In this document: positions 21,934 to 29,595 of the stretch, one piece after another
How the letters are laid out: each line of letters begins with the position of its first letter
Position numbering within the stretch: the stretch's first letter is position 1
Assembly (NCBI RefSeq): GCF_000025685.1
Contig: NC_013967.1
Location: forward strand, 1,590,001-1,622,000
Direction: 5' to 3'
Length of the DNA stretch: 32,000 nucleotides
DNA from: Haloferax volcanii DS2
GTDB taxonomy: Archaea > Halobacteriota > Halobacteria > Halobacteriales > Haloferacaceae
Notes under the pieces: model-generated
Database searches by the model: none
The model's input: the letters and a program-made list of their open reading frames with translations, nothing else
What the model was told of the DNA's origin: nothing
Made by a program: the position numbers and the translations under genes

Positions 21934-22920
21934 TTACAGATCCATATCGGCAAACGTCCATTCCTCTCCCAGTTGTCGGTGGAACCCCTCGGATTCGATC
22001 GTGTTCCGCAACTGCGATCTGACTGTCTCGTCGAACTCGAACCGGTCGTTCAATTCATCGCGCATGTCCCAGTAACGAGGGACCTTCGGAGCGGAATCGC
22101 GGTCGACCTCGGACAGGATCGACGCCAGCAGGTATCGATCCTCGTAGTCGATCCGCTCGTCACTCAGCAACGCATCCATCAAGTCGGCTGCAGCGTGCTG
22201 ATCGGCGTAGAACGCATGCGGGAGCACGCCCCGAACCCAGAATAGTTCCTCGGTAACAGCATCCTGGAGTTGCTCTTCGACCGAGTGCTCGGGATAGCCG
22301 ATTCCCCATCCGTACGTGAACGATTCTTCCCAACTCGTGTCTTTATTTGAATCCCAGAACGAACCGAGATACGCCAGCGCCTCGGCGGGGACTGCCCCGA
22401 CGCCGTCGCGCCGTCGCGTCCGGACGACGTGGCGTCCGACTGCGTTCTCGATGACCGGGCTCACGAAGGGTTCGTCGTCGCTCTCACGCGAATATGCGTC
22501 GATAAGATCTGTGAGAAACGGCCATCCTTCACGCGTAGCGATTTCGTCGAGCGCCTCTGCTGCCGGTTCGTAAAACGCCCAGAATATCCCGCGATACGTG
22601 TCGTCGTTCTCGGTTTGGTGGTATTCCTGAAGTTCTCGTTCGTAGTGAGCGAGCATCTGGAATGCGGCGTCAGCGTCCCCTTTCGCAGCCGCTTCGAGAT
22701 TGGTTTTCAACGTTCCACTCGCGGCTTCCAGCCCTCGTTTCTCGCGCTCTTGATTCCGCCGCTCCATGTCGGCGTCGAGAGCGTCCGAGATCGAATCGAG
22801 GAAACTGTCGAACGACGACAGCGGGTTCGACTCCGCTGGCTCTTCAGCAGGACAGTCGTGTAGACGCAGGCGACTCAACGTAGTGAAACTCTCACCGCAG
22901 GCATCGCACTCGTGTGGCAT
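21934..22920 (-). CDS. hypothetical protein with an N-terminal C2H2/C2HC-type zinc finger (328 aa)
   Basis: N-terminus MPHECDACGESFTTLSRLRLHDC (Cx2Cx12HxC). The rest is acidic and helical with no recognised domain. Confidence 0.65.
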   Translation of the reverse strand: MPHECDACGESFTTLSRLRLHDCPAEEPAESNPLSSFDSFLDSISDALDADMERRNQEREKRGLEAASGTLKTNLEAAAKGDADAAFQMLAHYERELQEYHQTENDDTYRGIFWAFYEPAAEALDEIATREGWPFLTDLIDAYSRESDDEPFVSPVIENAVGRHVVRTRRRDGVGAVPAEALAYLGSFWDSNKDTSWEESFTYGWGIGYPEHSVEEQLQDAVTEELFWVRGVLPHAFYADQHAAADLMDALLSDERIDYEDRYLLASILSEVDRDSAPKVPRYWDMRDELNDRFEFDETVRSQLRNTIESEGFHRQLGEEWTFADMDL

Positions 22921-22995
22921 CGTTCGTATTCGTCTGGACGAGGGGGAGACACATCTACGTTCGGGGCTGTTCTGGCTGTCTCGAACGCGCAGATA

Positions 22996-23553
22996 TTACT
23001 CGTCGAGATCAGGGTATTGAGACGGTGCTGTGCCTTGCTCGTCGACGACGACGGGATCACCATCCATCGATCCCGTTCGCGTGTCTTGCAGTTCGATGTA
23101 GTGTTCCCAGCTGTCGCCCATGTCGAACGTGTAGGAGAGCGCGCCCAGATCTTCCGGATCGAGTTCGTCGATCGTCGTCTCAGCGGCGTTGCCTTCCATC
23201 GGTGGGTTCGACTGGAGTTCGCGGAACCGTTCTTTGGCTTCCTCGGACGCGTCGTCCGGCACGGCCTGCTCGATGAAGCGATCGATCTCTTCGTCGTCCA
23301 TTGTGCGCCAGCTCGGACCGCCATCGTAGAGCATCGGATGGACGTAGCTCCGGAGCGCGATGCCGTTGTCATCGCGTGTGATGAACTCGTAGGCGTGGCT
23401 CTCCCAGCGATCGAACGCCTGGAAGATCGCCTCGTGGAACGTAGCGAGCGTGTGTGACCCGTCGATCTCGAGGTCGTGCCAGACCTCCTCGTCGGGTTCG
23501 AACCCCAGCGGTGGATGCGGCTGGAGCCAGACGCGGAACACGTAGGTCGTCAT
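22996..23553 (-). CDS. MM3350-like / pRiA4b ORF-3-like protein (185 aa)
   Basis: YVFRVWL...EVWHDLEIDGSHTLATFHEAIFQAFDRWESHAYEF and LSYTFDMGDSWEHYIEL are close to the family consensus. Confidence 0.75.
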   Translation of the reverse strand: MTTYVFRVWLQPHPPLGFEPDEEVWHDLEIDGSHTLATFHEAIFQAFDRWESHAYEFITRDDNGIALRSYVHPMLYDGGPSWRTMDDEEIDRFIEQAVPDDASEEAKERFRELQSNPPMEGNAAETTIDELDPEDLGALSYTFDMGDSWEHYIELQDTRTGSMDGDPVVVDEQGTAPSQYPDLDE

Positions 23554-23634
23554 GCCTCGTCTAACGAGGGTCAGTGTTGTAGATTTTTCGCGTAGACAAT
23601 AGATATCCGCTGATGAATCGATTCGCTGACTTCC

Positions 23635-24432
23635 TCACTCGTATCGCTCCTCCAGATCGTCGAGTGCGCGCCGGAACTGCTCGTCGTTGATCCGCGGCTC
23701 TGCCGTTGCCCGCGCCTCAAGCACGCCAGCGTACGTGTCGAACTCTTCGGGAGTCGGATTGGTCGCGAGGACGCAGTCGGCGTAGCCGTCGAGTGCGGTC
23801 TGGATCGCCTTCGCGTAGTGGTCGTAGGCACCGTCGATCCAGTTGTATTTCTCGTCGATCTCCTCGAACACCGCTCGGTAGACGGTCGCAGCGGCCAGAT
23901 ACCGCTCGCGGTCACGGTACTGCTCGGCGATCTCCAAAAACCGGGAGAAGTCGATGGCCTCGAACACGACCGGGTCGGCGTGTTGCTCGAACAACTGCGC
24001 GATTTCCTCGCGGTACTCCTCGACCGATCTGTGGTCGTCGCCAAAGCGTGCGAGAAACTGCTCGCGCAACTCCGGATGTTCGGCGAGGGCGTCACGGGCG
24101 AACCCACGCAGGTCCTCGGCCGACACGTCGTCGATGACTGCCTCGACACGCTCGCTCTCGTCCTGTGGCGGGCTGGCGGCGATGTCCAGCAGTACTGCGA
24201 CGACGTGCTTGCAGTCGCCGCCACCGTCGTACGGACAGGTACACCGCGCATCGATACTGCGCCCGCCGAACTCGACAGTCACGTCGTACAACTTCGAACC
24301 GCTGATGGTGGCCGTAACGAGTTCGCCAAATCGGTCGAGTTGCTGAATGCGTCCCTCGTCACGGTAGTTGACTCCGCGTTCGAACACCGCATCGGTGCTT
24401 CTGTTCTTGACCCTTTCCCTATCGATGTTCAT
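23635..24432 (-). CDS. SWIM zinc-finger protein, short form (265 aa from the ATG at 24432)
   Basis: ARCTCPYDGGGDCKHVVAVLL is a SWIM motif. The protein is collinear with the N-terminal part of the 660-aa SWIM protein. It lies 32 nt downstream of the helicase gene. Confidence 0.8.
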   Translation of the reverse strand: MNIDRERVKNRSTDAVFERGVNYRDEGRIQQLDRFGELVTATISGSKLYDVTVEFGGRSIDARCTCPYDGGGDCKHVVAVLLDIAASPPQDESERVEAVIDDVSAEDLRGFARDALAEHPELREQFLARFGDDHRSVEEYREEIAQLFEQHADPVVFEAIDFSRFLEIAEQYRDRERYLAAATVYRAVFEEIDEKYNWIDGAYDHYAKAIQTALDGYADCVLATNPTPEEFDTYAGVLEARATAEPRINDEQFRRALDDLEERYE

Positions 24433-24464
24433 GACTCGTCTTTCGACGCAGACGTAAAATTCGA

Positions 24465-26873
24465 TTACGGTGTCGAATCGGCGGCCTGCCGGCTCGGATC
24501 GGCCAGCGCCATCGTGAGCGTCGCCGCGAGGCGTTTGTCGAGCGGTTCGTTCGCTCGGCCACAGTGCGGTGATTGAATACACGCCGGACAGCCGTCGGAA
24601 CAGCCACAATCGGCGAGCAGTTCCCACGTGTGCTGGAAGAGTCCCTCGATGTGGTCGTATCCGTTGCGGGCGAGTCCGACACCACCGCGGTAACTGTCGT
24701 ACATGAATAGCGCGCTCGTCTCGGTCTGTGGGTGTTCGGCCGTCGAGACGCTTCCAACGTCACGCCGGTCACAAAGGATGACCAGCGGGAATGTGGCGAC
24801 GAGGGCGTGCTGGACGGCGTGGAGGCCACCCTCGAACGACCCGGACATCGTCTGCATCAGGCTTTCCAGTCCCGGTGGGAGCGTCACGTACAGTGCACGG
24901 GTCGAGAGCGTCGTTTCGGGCAGCTTGAGTGCCTCCTCGGTCATGATCTCACCAGTTCGGTGGTCGCGTCGCTGGAAGCCGGTGACCTGCTTCCGTCGCG
25001 TCACGTCCGCGAAGTGAACGGTCACGTCGTCGCGGGTCGCCAGTGGCTTGGTAGCGCTGTCCTCCTCGATAGTCATCGACTCCTCGTACTGCACGCGCGT
25101 CTGGTGGTCGCTGTCCGTTTCGGCGAGCCACGCCACGTCGCGGTCTAGGTCGAGTGACTGGACTTCGTAGTTCTGCCCCTGATGGTGGTAGATCGCACCT
25201 GGATGTACGTCCCGCAGTGCCGCGTTGAGCGGCAACTTCCCGAGTTCGTCAGTCGCTCCCCCTCGAACCCGGAGGGTGACCATGCGTTCTGTGATGGTTC
25301 GGAGCCCCTGTTCGTACGGATTCACCGTTCGTCCGCTGGCGGTGCGTCGCCATTCGAGTCCTTGATCTGTCTGTCGCCGGGTCAATTCGCCGTCGTTTGT
25401 GAGGGTACTGACGATGTCGGGGAAAGTAGAACCGAAATACGCCTCGTCGGCGGTTCGGAGCGGTCCTTCCATGGCCGCGGCGTGTGTATGCAGTTTCAGG
25501 AGATGCGAATTCGAGGGATTGGCGACGGCACGCTCGGGCGTCTGCTCGAACAGTTCGTTAGGATGCTTGATAACGTACTGGTCGAGTTGATCCTCGCTGG
25601 CGACGAGCGCGACGAGGCTCGGGTCGGTCCCACGGCCAGCGCGGCCCGCGCGCTGGAACGTTGCCATCTGTGTTCCAGGGTACCCGTCTAACAGGACGGC
25701 GTCGAGGCTGCCGATGTCGACGCCGAGTTCCAGCGCGCTCGTGCTCCAGACGCCGGCACAGTCCCCGGAGTGCAGTGCAGTCTCGATTGTCGCCCGCCGG
25801 TCATCGCGCAGTCCTGCGTGGTACGCAGTTACGCTCTGGGCGATGTCGGCCCTCCCGCGCTCTGCGAGTGTATCGCTGCTGATGGTGGCGTACCGCTCTG
25901 CCGTCTGCCTCGCGCGCGTGAACGCCACTGTCTGATACCCCTGCATCACGAGGTCGACGAACAGTCGCATGGTTTCCCCGTGGTTGGAGCGGCGCTGTCC
26001 ACCACCGGCCGGTGCATCGCCCTCGTCGTATTCCGGTGGTTGCCAGAACAGCCAGTGTGTCGGACCCGTTTCACTGGTGTCCTCGTCGACGAGTTCGAAC
26101 GAGTCGGTCGGTTGGCCGGCGATCGTCGCTGCGTGCTCCCGGGGATTGCCGATCGTCGCGGAACAGCACACGAACTGCGGGTCGGCACCGAGACGGTCAC
26201 AGATCCGCGCCAGCCGGCGGCAGACGAGACCGACGTGACTGCCGAAGACACCGCGGTACTCGTGGACTTCGTCGACGACGACGAGTTCCAACGACTCGAA
26301 GAACGCTCGCCAGAGGTCGCCCGCGTGACTGAGCAGTCCACAGTGGAGCATATCCGGCGTCGTCAAGACGATGGACGGGTCTTCGTCACGTGCCTGCTGG
26401 CGCTCGTCCGAAGAGAGCGAGCCTGTGTACTGAGTCACGGAGAGATCGTCGAACGGTGCAGCGAAATCAGACAGCGTCGTCTCCTGGTCGTTGATCAGCG
26501 CGACCTGCGGACCGATATACAGCGTCCGTCCGTCGTACTTGTGAGCGCGCTCGATGGCGGGAATCGTGTACGCGAGGCTCTTTCCGCTTGCTGTCGGCGT
26601 CGCGAGGACGACGTTCTGCCCGTTGCGAACCGCTTCGATGGCGTCGGTCTGGTGTGCGTAGAGTCCGTCGATGCCCCGGTTAGCAAGGAGGTCTGCGAGC
26701 CGGCGCTCCATCTCACAGGATCGAGTGATGGGCCTACGAGCGGGAATCTCCCGCTGGAACTGGATCTGATCGCGGTAGTACTCGCGGTTCTGTACCCACT
26801 CGACGAACTCGTTCACTACTCCGTGGATACTGCGTGCCCGCATATAGGGATATGGCCCTCGACTTGTCGCCAT
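24465..26873 (-). CDS. COG1205-type DEAD/DEAH (DEVH) SF2 helicase with a C-terminal DUF1998/MZB Cys cluster (MrfA/Hrq1-like, 802 aa)
   Basis: Motifs seen: Walker A ATPTASGKS, motif II VVVDEVHEY, CSATIGNP and motif VI QRAGRAGRG. The C-terminus is DCGCSDGCPACIQSPHCGRANEPLDK. Confidence 0.85.
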   Translation of the reverse strand: MATSRGPYPYMRARSIHGVVNEFVEWVQNREYYRDQIQFQREIPARRPITRSCEMERRLADLLANRGIDGLYAHQTDAIEAVRNGQNVVLATPTASGKSLAYTIPAIERAHKYDGRTLYIGPQVALINDQETTLSDFAAPFDDLSVTQYTGSLSSDERQQARDEDPSIVLTTPDMLHCGLLSHAGDLWRAFFESLELVVVDEVHEYRGVFGSHVGLVCRRLARICDRLGADPQFVCCSATIGNPREHAATIAGQPTDSFELVDEDTSETGPTHWLFWQPPEYDEGDAPAGGGQRRSNHGETMRLFVDLVMQGYQTVAFTRARQTAERYATISSDTLAERGRADIAQSVTAYHAGLRDDRRATIETALHSGDCAGVWSTSALELGVDIGSLDAVLLDGYPGTQMATFQRAGRAGRGTDPSLVALVASEDQLDQYVIKHPNELFEQTPERAVANPSNSHLLKLHTHAAAMEGPLRTADEAYFGSTFPDIVSTLTNDGELTRRQTDQGLEWRRTASGRTVNPYEQGLRTITERMVTLRVRGGATDELGKLPLNAALRDVHPGAIYHHQGQNYEVQSLDLDRDVAWLAETDSDHQTRVQYEESMTIEEDSATKPLATRDDVTVHFADVTRRKQVTGFQRRDHRTGEIMTEEALKLPETTLSTRALYVTLPPGLESLMQTMSGSFEGGLHAVQHALVATFPLVILCDRRDVGSVSTAEHPQTETSALFMYDSYRGGVGLARNGYDHIEGLFQHTWELLADCGCSDGCPACIQSPHCGRANEPLDKRLAATLTMALADPSRQAADSTP

Positions 26874-26924
26874 CGGCGAACGAGGTTCTTATCTAGGTGC
26901 TCGGACAACAATCTCGTGAGCGCA

Positions 26925-27608
26925 ATGGTTGCTCCGATTTCGCACGCGGACGAACTTGACCCGTTTATCGCTCTGGAACTTCCCCCGGGCTGGGTTCGTG
27001 GCCTTCTCGAACCGCTGTCGGGGTCGTTCCGATCGGACGACCCGCTTGAGAGCGCGCTGTTCGAGGCACTCACGGGATCGAAGCCTGACTCGGCACCAAC
27101 CTCGAACACAGTCATCTTCACGTATCTCGCCGGCTACGATCCCGGTATCGACCGGCCGATTGACAGCGAGCGCCAGCTATCGATCAAGTACGTAGCCGAG
27201 CAGGATGCGTTCGGAGTCAGAGCAGCGTTCGACGAAGGTCTGGTCGAGACTGTTCCAGACGCTCGTGACTGGCTGGAACGGGCCATGCCACGGGTCGAAC
27301 GTGAGATGGACCATCGACGCCGCTTCTGGGTGGCGCTCTCGGATATCCACGGTCTCGGGCAGCAAGGGATTGACAATCTGAACGGGGAATACGAGTCTTT
27401 GGATGCAGTCGCTTCGGCGACCGAAACCGAACTGGCCGACATTCCGTACGTCACTGACGACTTGGCGCCCGAGGTAGTGGAAGCTGCCGAGCAGTTCGAC
27501 GGGACAGTCCCGGATGCTCCTGGCGACCGGGCGGCCGACTGTGCTGACGATCCGCTCGTCGTCGATACTAGCGACCTGCGTCCATTCAGTGACCTCTTCG
27601 AGAACTGA
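26925..27608 (+). CDS. helix-hairpin-helix (HhH)2-containing protein (227 aa)
   Basis: LSDIHGLGQQGIDNL and LADIPYVTDDLAPEVV form two HhH-like motifs. This is only the last 227 codons of the 612-aa track ORF; the upstream part is antisense to the helicase gene. Confidence 0.6.
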   Translation: MVAPISHADELDPFIALELPPGWVRGLLEPLSGSFRSDDPLESALFEALTGSKPDSAPTSNTVIFTYLAGYDPGIDRPIDSERQLSIKYVAEQDAFGVRAAFDEGLVETVPDARDWLERAMPRVEREMDHRRRFWVALSDIHGLGQQGIDNLNGEYESLDAVASATETELADIPYVTDDLAPEVVEAAEQFDGTVPDAPGDRAADCADDPLVVDTSDLRPFSDLFEN

Positions 27609-27656
27609 ACGCCGACGGTCCTGAACCTTTTCAATCAAGCAGTCGTACCCGTTTCT

Positions 27657-28628
27657 ATGCCGTTTAGCGTCAGCTGGCACACGCTGCTCGAGGAGCTCGA
27701 CGAGTTGCCCGACGATGCTGAACTCGTCACACCGCTCTCGCACGATACGTTCCGCGTCACGGACGTACAGGAACACCGCGTTGTCGTCACGTTCGACGAC
27801 ACGGGAGAGCGTCGCCCGCTCCAGCGCGATCAGTTCGAGACCCTTCACCGCCGGATCCAGGACTCGAACGGTGCGTTCGAACTCGACCGGCTCCCACCCG
27901 ATGCCGATCCCTATCCGGCAGTGCTGAGCCTGCATCCGCGATTCGAGGTGGACGAAGAGCAGGGTAGTATCGCCGAAACGGAAGCAGAGACTGGTACCCA
28001 ACTCCTGAGTGGCGAATCAGCACCTGCCGAGAGCGACCGTGTCGAACCTGACGAGATCGACGTGTATTCGGATGCCCTTCTCCTCATCGATGCGCTGGAA
28101 CGTCAGGACGTCTCCGATCTCACAGCACTGGAGACGGAAGCACTGGTGAACCTCTACACGCTCTGTTCGGATGTCCAGCGGAACGCGGACGAACTCCGCC
28201 AGGACATCGCCGACGTGTTACTCGATCGACTCCACCACGATCAGCCAGTCCACGGGCAGTACGGCTCGGTTCAGCGAACGTCGCGTCGTAACCGCTCGTT
28301 GAAAGACGAGGAAGACGTACTGGCCACACTGGAAGGCGCAGGGATCGACCGCGAGCGTGTCATGAGCGTCGACTCGAAGAAAGTGAACGAGGCACTGGAA
28401 GTAACGGAACTCTCGGAAACGGATGTCTACGAGGTTGACGAGAGCGAATACGTCCGGAAGGCCGAAGTAGACGAGGATGTCAAAGAGTCACGACTCCAGG
28501 GATTGAAAGACCGGCTTGCGGCCAGTAGCGACGCAGAATCCGACGAACTCAGACAGGAGATCGAGGCCCTCGAAGAACGTATCGACGACCTTACGAGTTT
28601 CAGTACGGGGACACAGATGCAGGGGTAG
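27657..28628 (+). CDS. hypothetical acidic protein with a coiled-coil-like C-terminus (323 aa)
   Basis: Clean ORF with strongly acidic composition. The C-terminus SDELRQEIEALEERIDDL is heptad-like. No tyrosine- or serine-recombinase motifs. Confidence 0.6.
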   Translation: MPFSVSWHTLLEELDELPDDAELVTPLSHDTFRVTDVQEHRVVVTFDDTGERRPLQRDQFETLHRRIQDSNGAFELDRLPPDADPYPAVLSLHPRFEVDEEQGSIAETEAETGTQLLSGESAPAESDRVEPDEIDVYSDALLLIDALERQDVSDLTALETEALVNLYTLCSDVQRNADELRQDIADVLLDRLHHDQPVHGQYGSVQRTSRRNRSLKDEEDVLATLEGAGIDRERVMSVDSKKVNEALEVTELSETDVYEVDESEYVRKAEVDEDVKESRLQGLKDRLAASSDAESDELRQEIEALEERIDDLTSFSTGTQMQG

Positions 28629-28736
28629 ACGAGCGTTGTATTTCATAAAACAGTGTTTCAGGGCCTGAAATATATCTCACATCCAATATTAACTCATAGT
28701 TAGTGGTTCTAATATATAAATTACTGCCTAATAGCT

Positions 28737-28747
28737 GGCCCTTGGCT
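28737..28747 (+). repeat. Putative attR: displaced copy of the tRNA-Cys 3' end (GGCCCTTGGCT)
   Basis: Exact match to 13449-13459. It is followed by TTTCCTTTC, an oligo-T tract of the kind that terminates archaeal tRNA/rRNA transcripts. Confidence 0.55.
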
Positions 28748-29595
28748 TTTCCTTTCGGACGTTACGCCCCGGAGCGACGCGTCCCGGCATCGAATCAGTG
28801 AGTGGCGATGCTATCGCACGAGTCGTGTTTCGAGGGCGTCGACCGCGTTATCGTCGCCCAGTTCGCGTACGACCTCAAGGGCGTCGAGTGGCGTTTTCCC
28901 CGCTCGAACCCTTGGTTCGACGGACGAAACACACGTAGTAGCGCGCCGGAGTTAGGCGAGCGCCTCGGTTGCGTTCTCGACTCCGCGGAGTGACCCGGCG
29001 CGCTGTCGGTGACATCGACCTTCGAGCACCGCCGTCGGTACGGACTCGGCTGCCGTCGTGAGATACGAGCGTCCGCCGTCGGTTTTTCCGACTGCACACG
29101 TCTCTGAGAGTCATCTTCGTGAGTCCCTTCTGCTCATCACCGTGTCGCCGCTCGTTCGCGGGTCGTCGAACATCTCTTGAGCACGTCCAGCGTCGCGGGC
29201 GGCGCGAAACGGGGAGACGAACCGTCGGCCCGTCAGCGGCGTGGTGTAGTCGCAGCCATCGAGGACGAGGGCCGCGGCGGTCAGGTCACGGTGTCGGAAC
29301 ACGCGCCGTCGAGCGCGTCAAGGAAGTCGAACCGGAGGCGAGCCCCCACCGCTCTATGGCGTAGTCTCCTCGCGCGTCACGGCCTCCGCCCGGTTCGGCG
29401 TCGCCGGACGGCTGGTCCGTAACTCGTGACACGCCCGTTCGGCCGACAGATTCAAAAAGTCGCGTCAATCCGCGACCGCGAGTGCCCGCCGGCCCACTGT
29501 ATTGAGGGTGAGAGTCGCCGCCGACGGTCGCGCGACGCGGTGACACGCTCCGAGGAAAAGTAATCGTTATACGCCGCGTGGCCCATGCCGAAACC

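Larger units (their letters stand above)
13460..28747. mobile_element. ~15.3 kb accessory genomic island inserted at the tRNA-Cys 3' end; no integrase seen
   Basis: It is bracketed by the 11-nt direct repeat. Hand counts of 60-nt lines give about 50-62% GC inside against about 68-75% in flanking core genes. There is an AT-rich right end (28630-28736), and all genes are accessory-type. Confidence 0.55.

Noticed and set aside
25770-26924. First 385 codons of the 612-aa plus-strand ORF 25770..27608
   Set aside because: This part is antisense to the DUF1998 helicase gene and has junk-like composition. Only the part downstream of the ATG at 26925 is called.
27177-28001. 274-aa minus-strand ORF spanning the HhH gene and the next gene
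   Set aside because: It is a shadow ORF crossing an intergenic gap. The plus-strand proteins have the expected acidic composition and a clean gene structure.
13460-28747. Search for an integrase, transposase, IS element, viral capsid or terminase genes, or a CRISPR array in the island
   Set aside because: None found. No R..HxxR..Y or serine-recombinase motifs appear in any ORF. There are no terminal inverted repeats and no regularly spaced direct repeats. The 323-aa protein next to attR was checked and is not recombinase-like.
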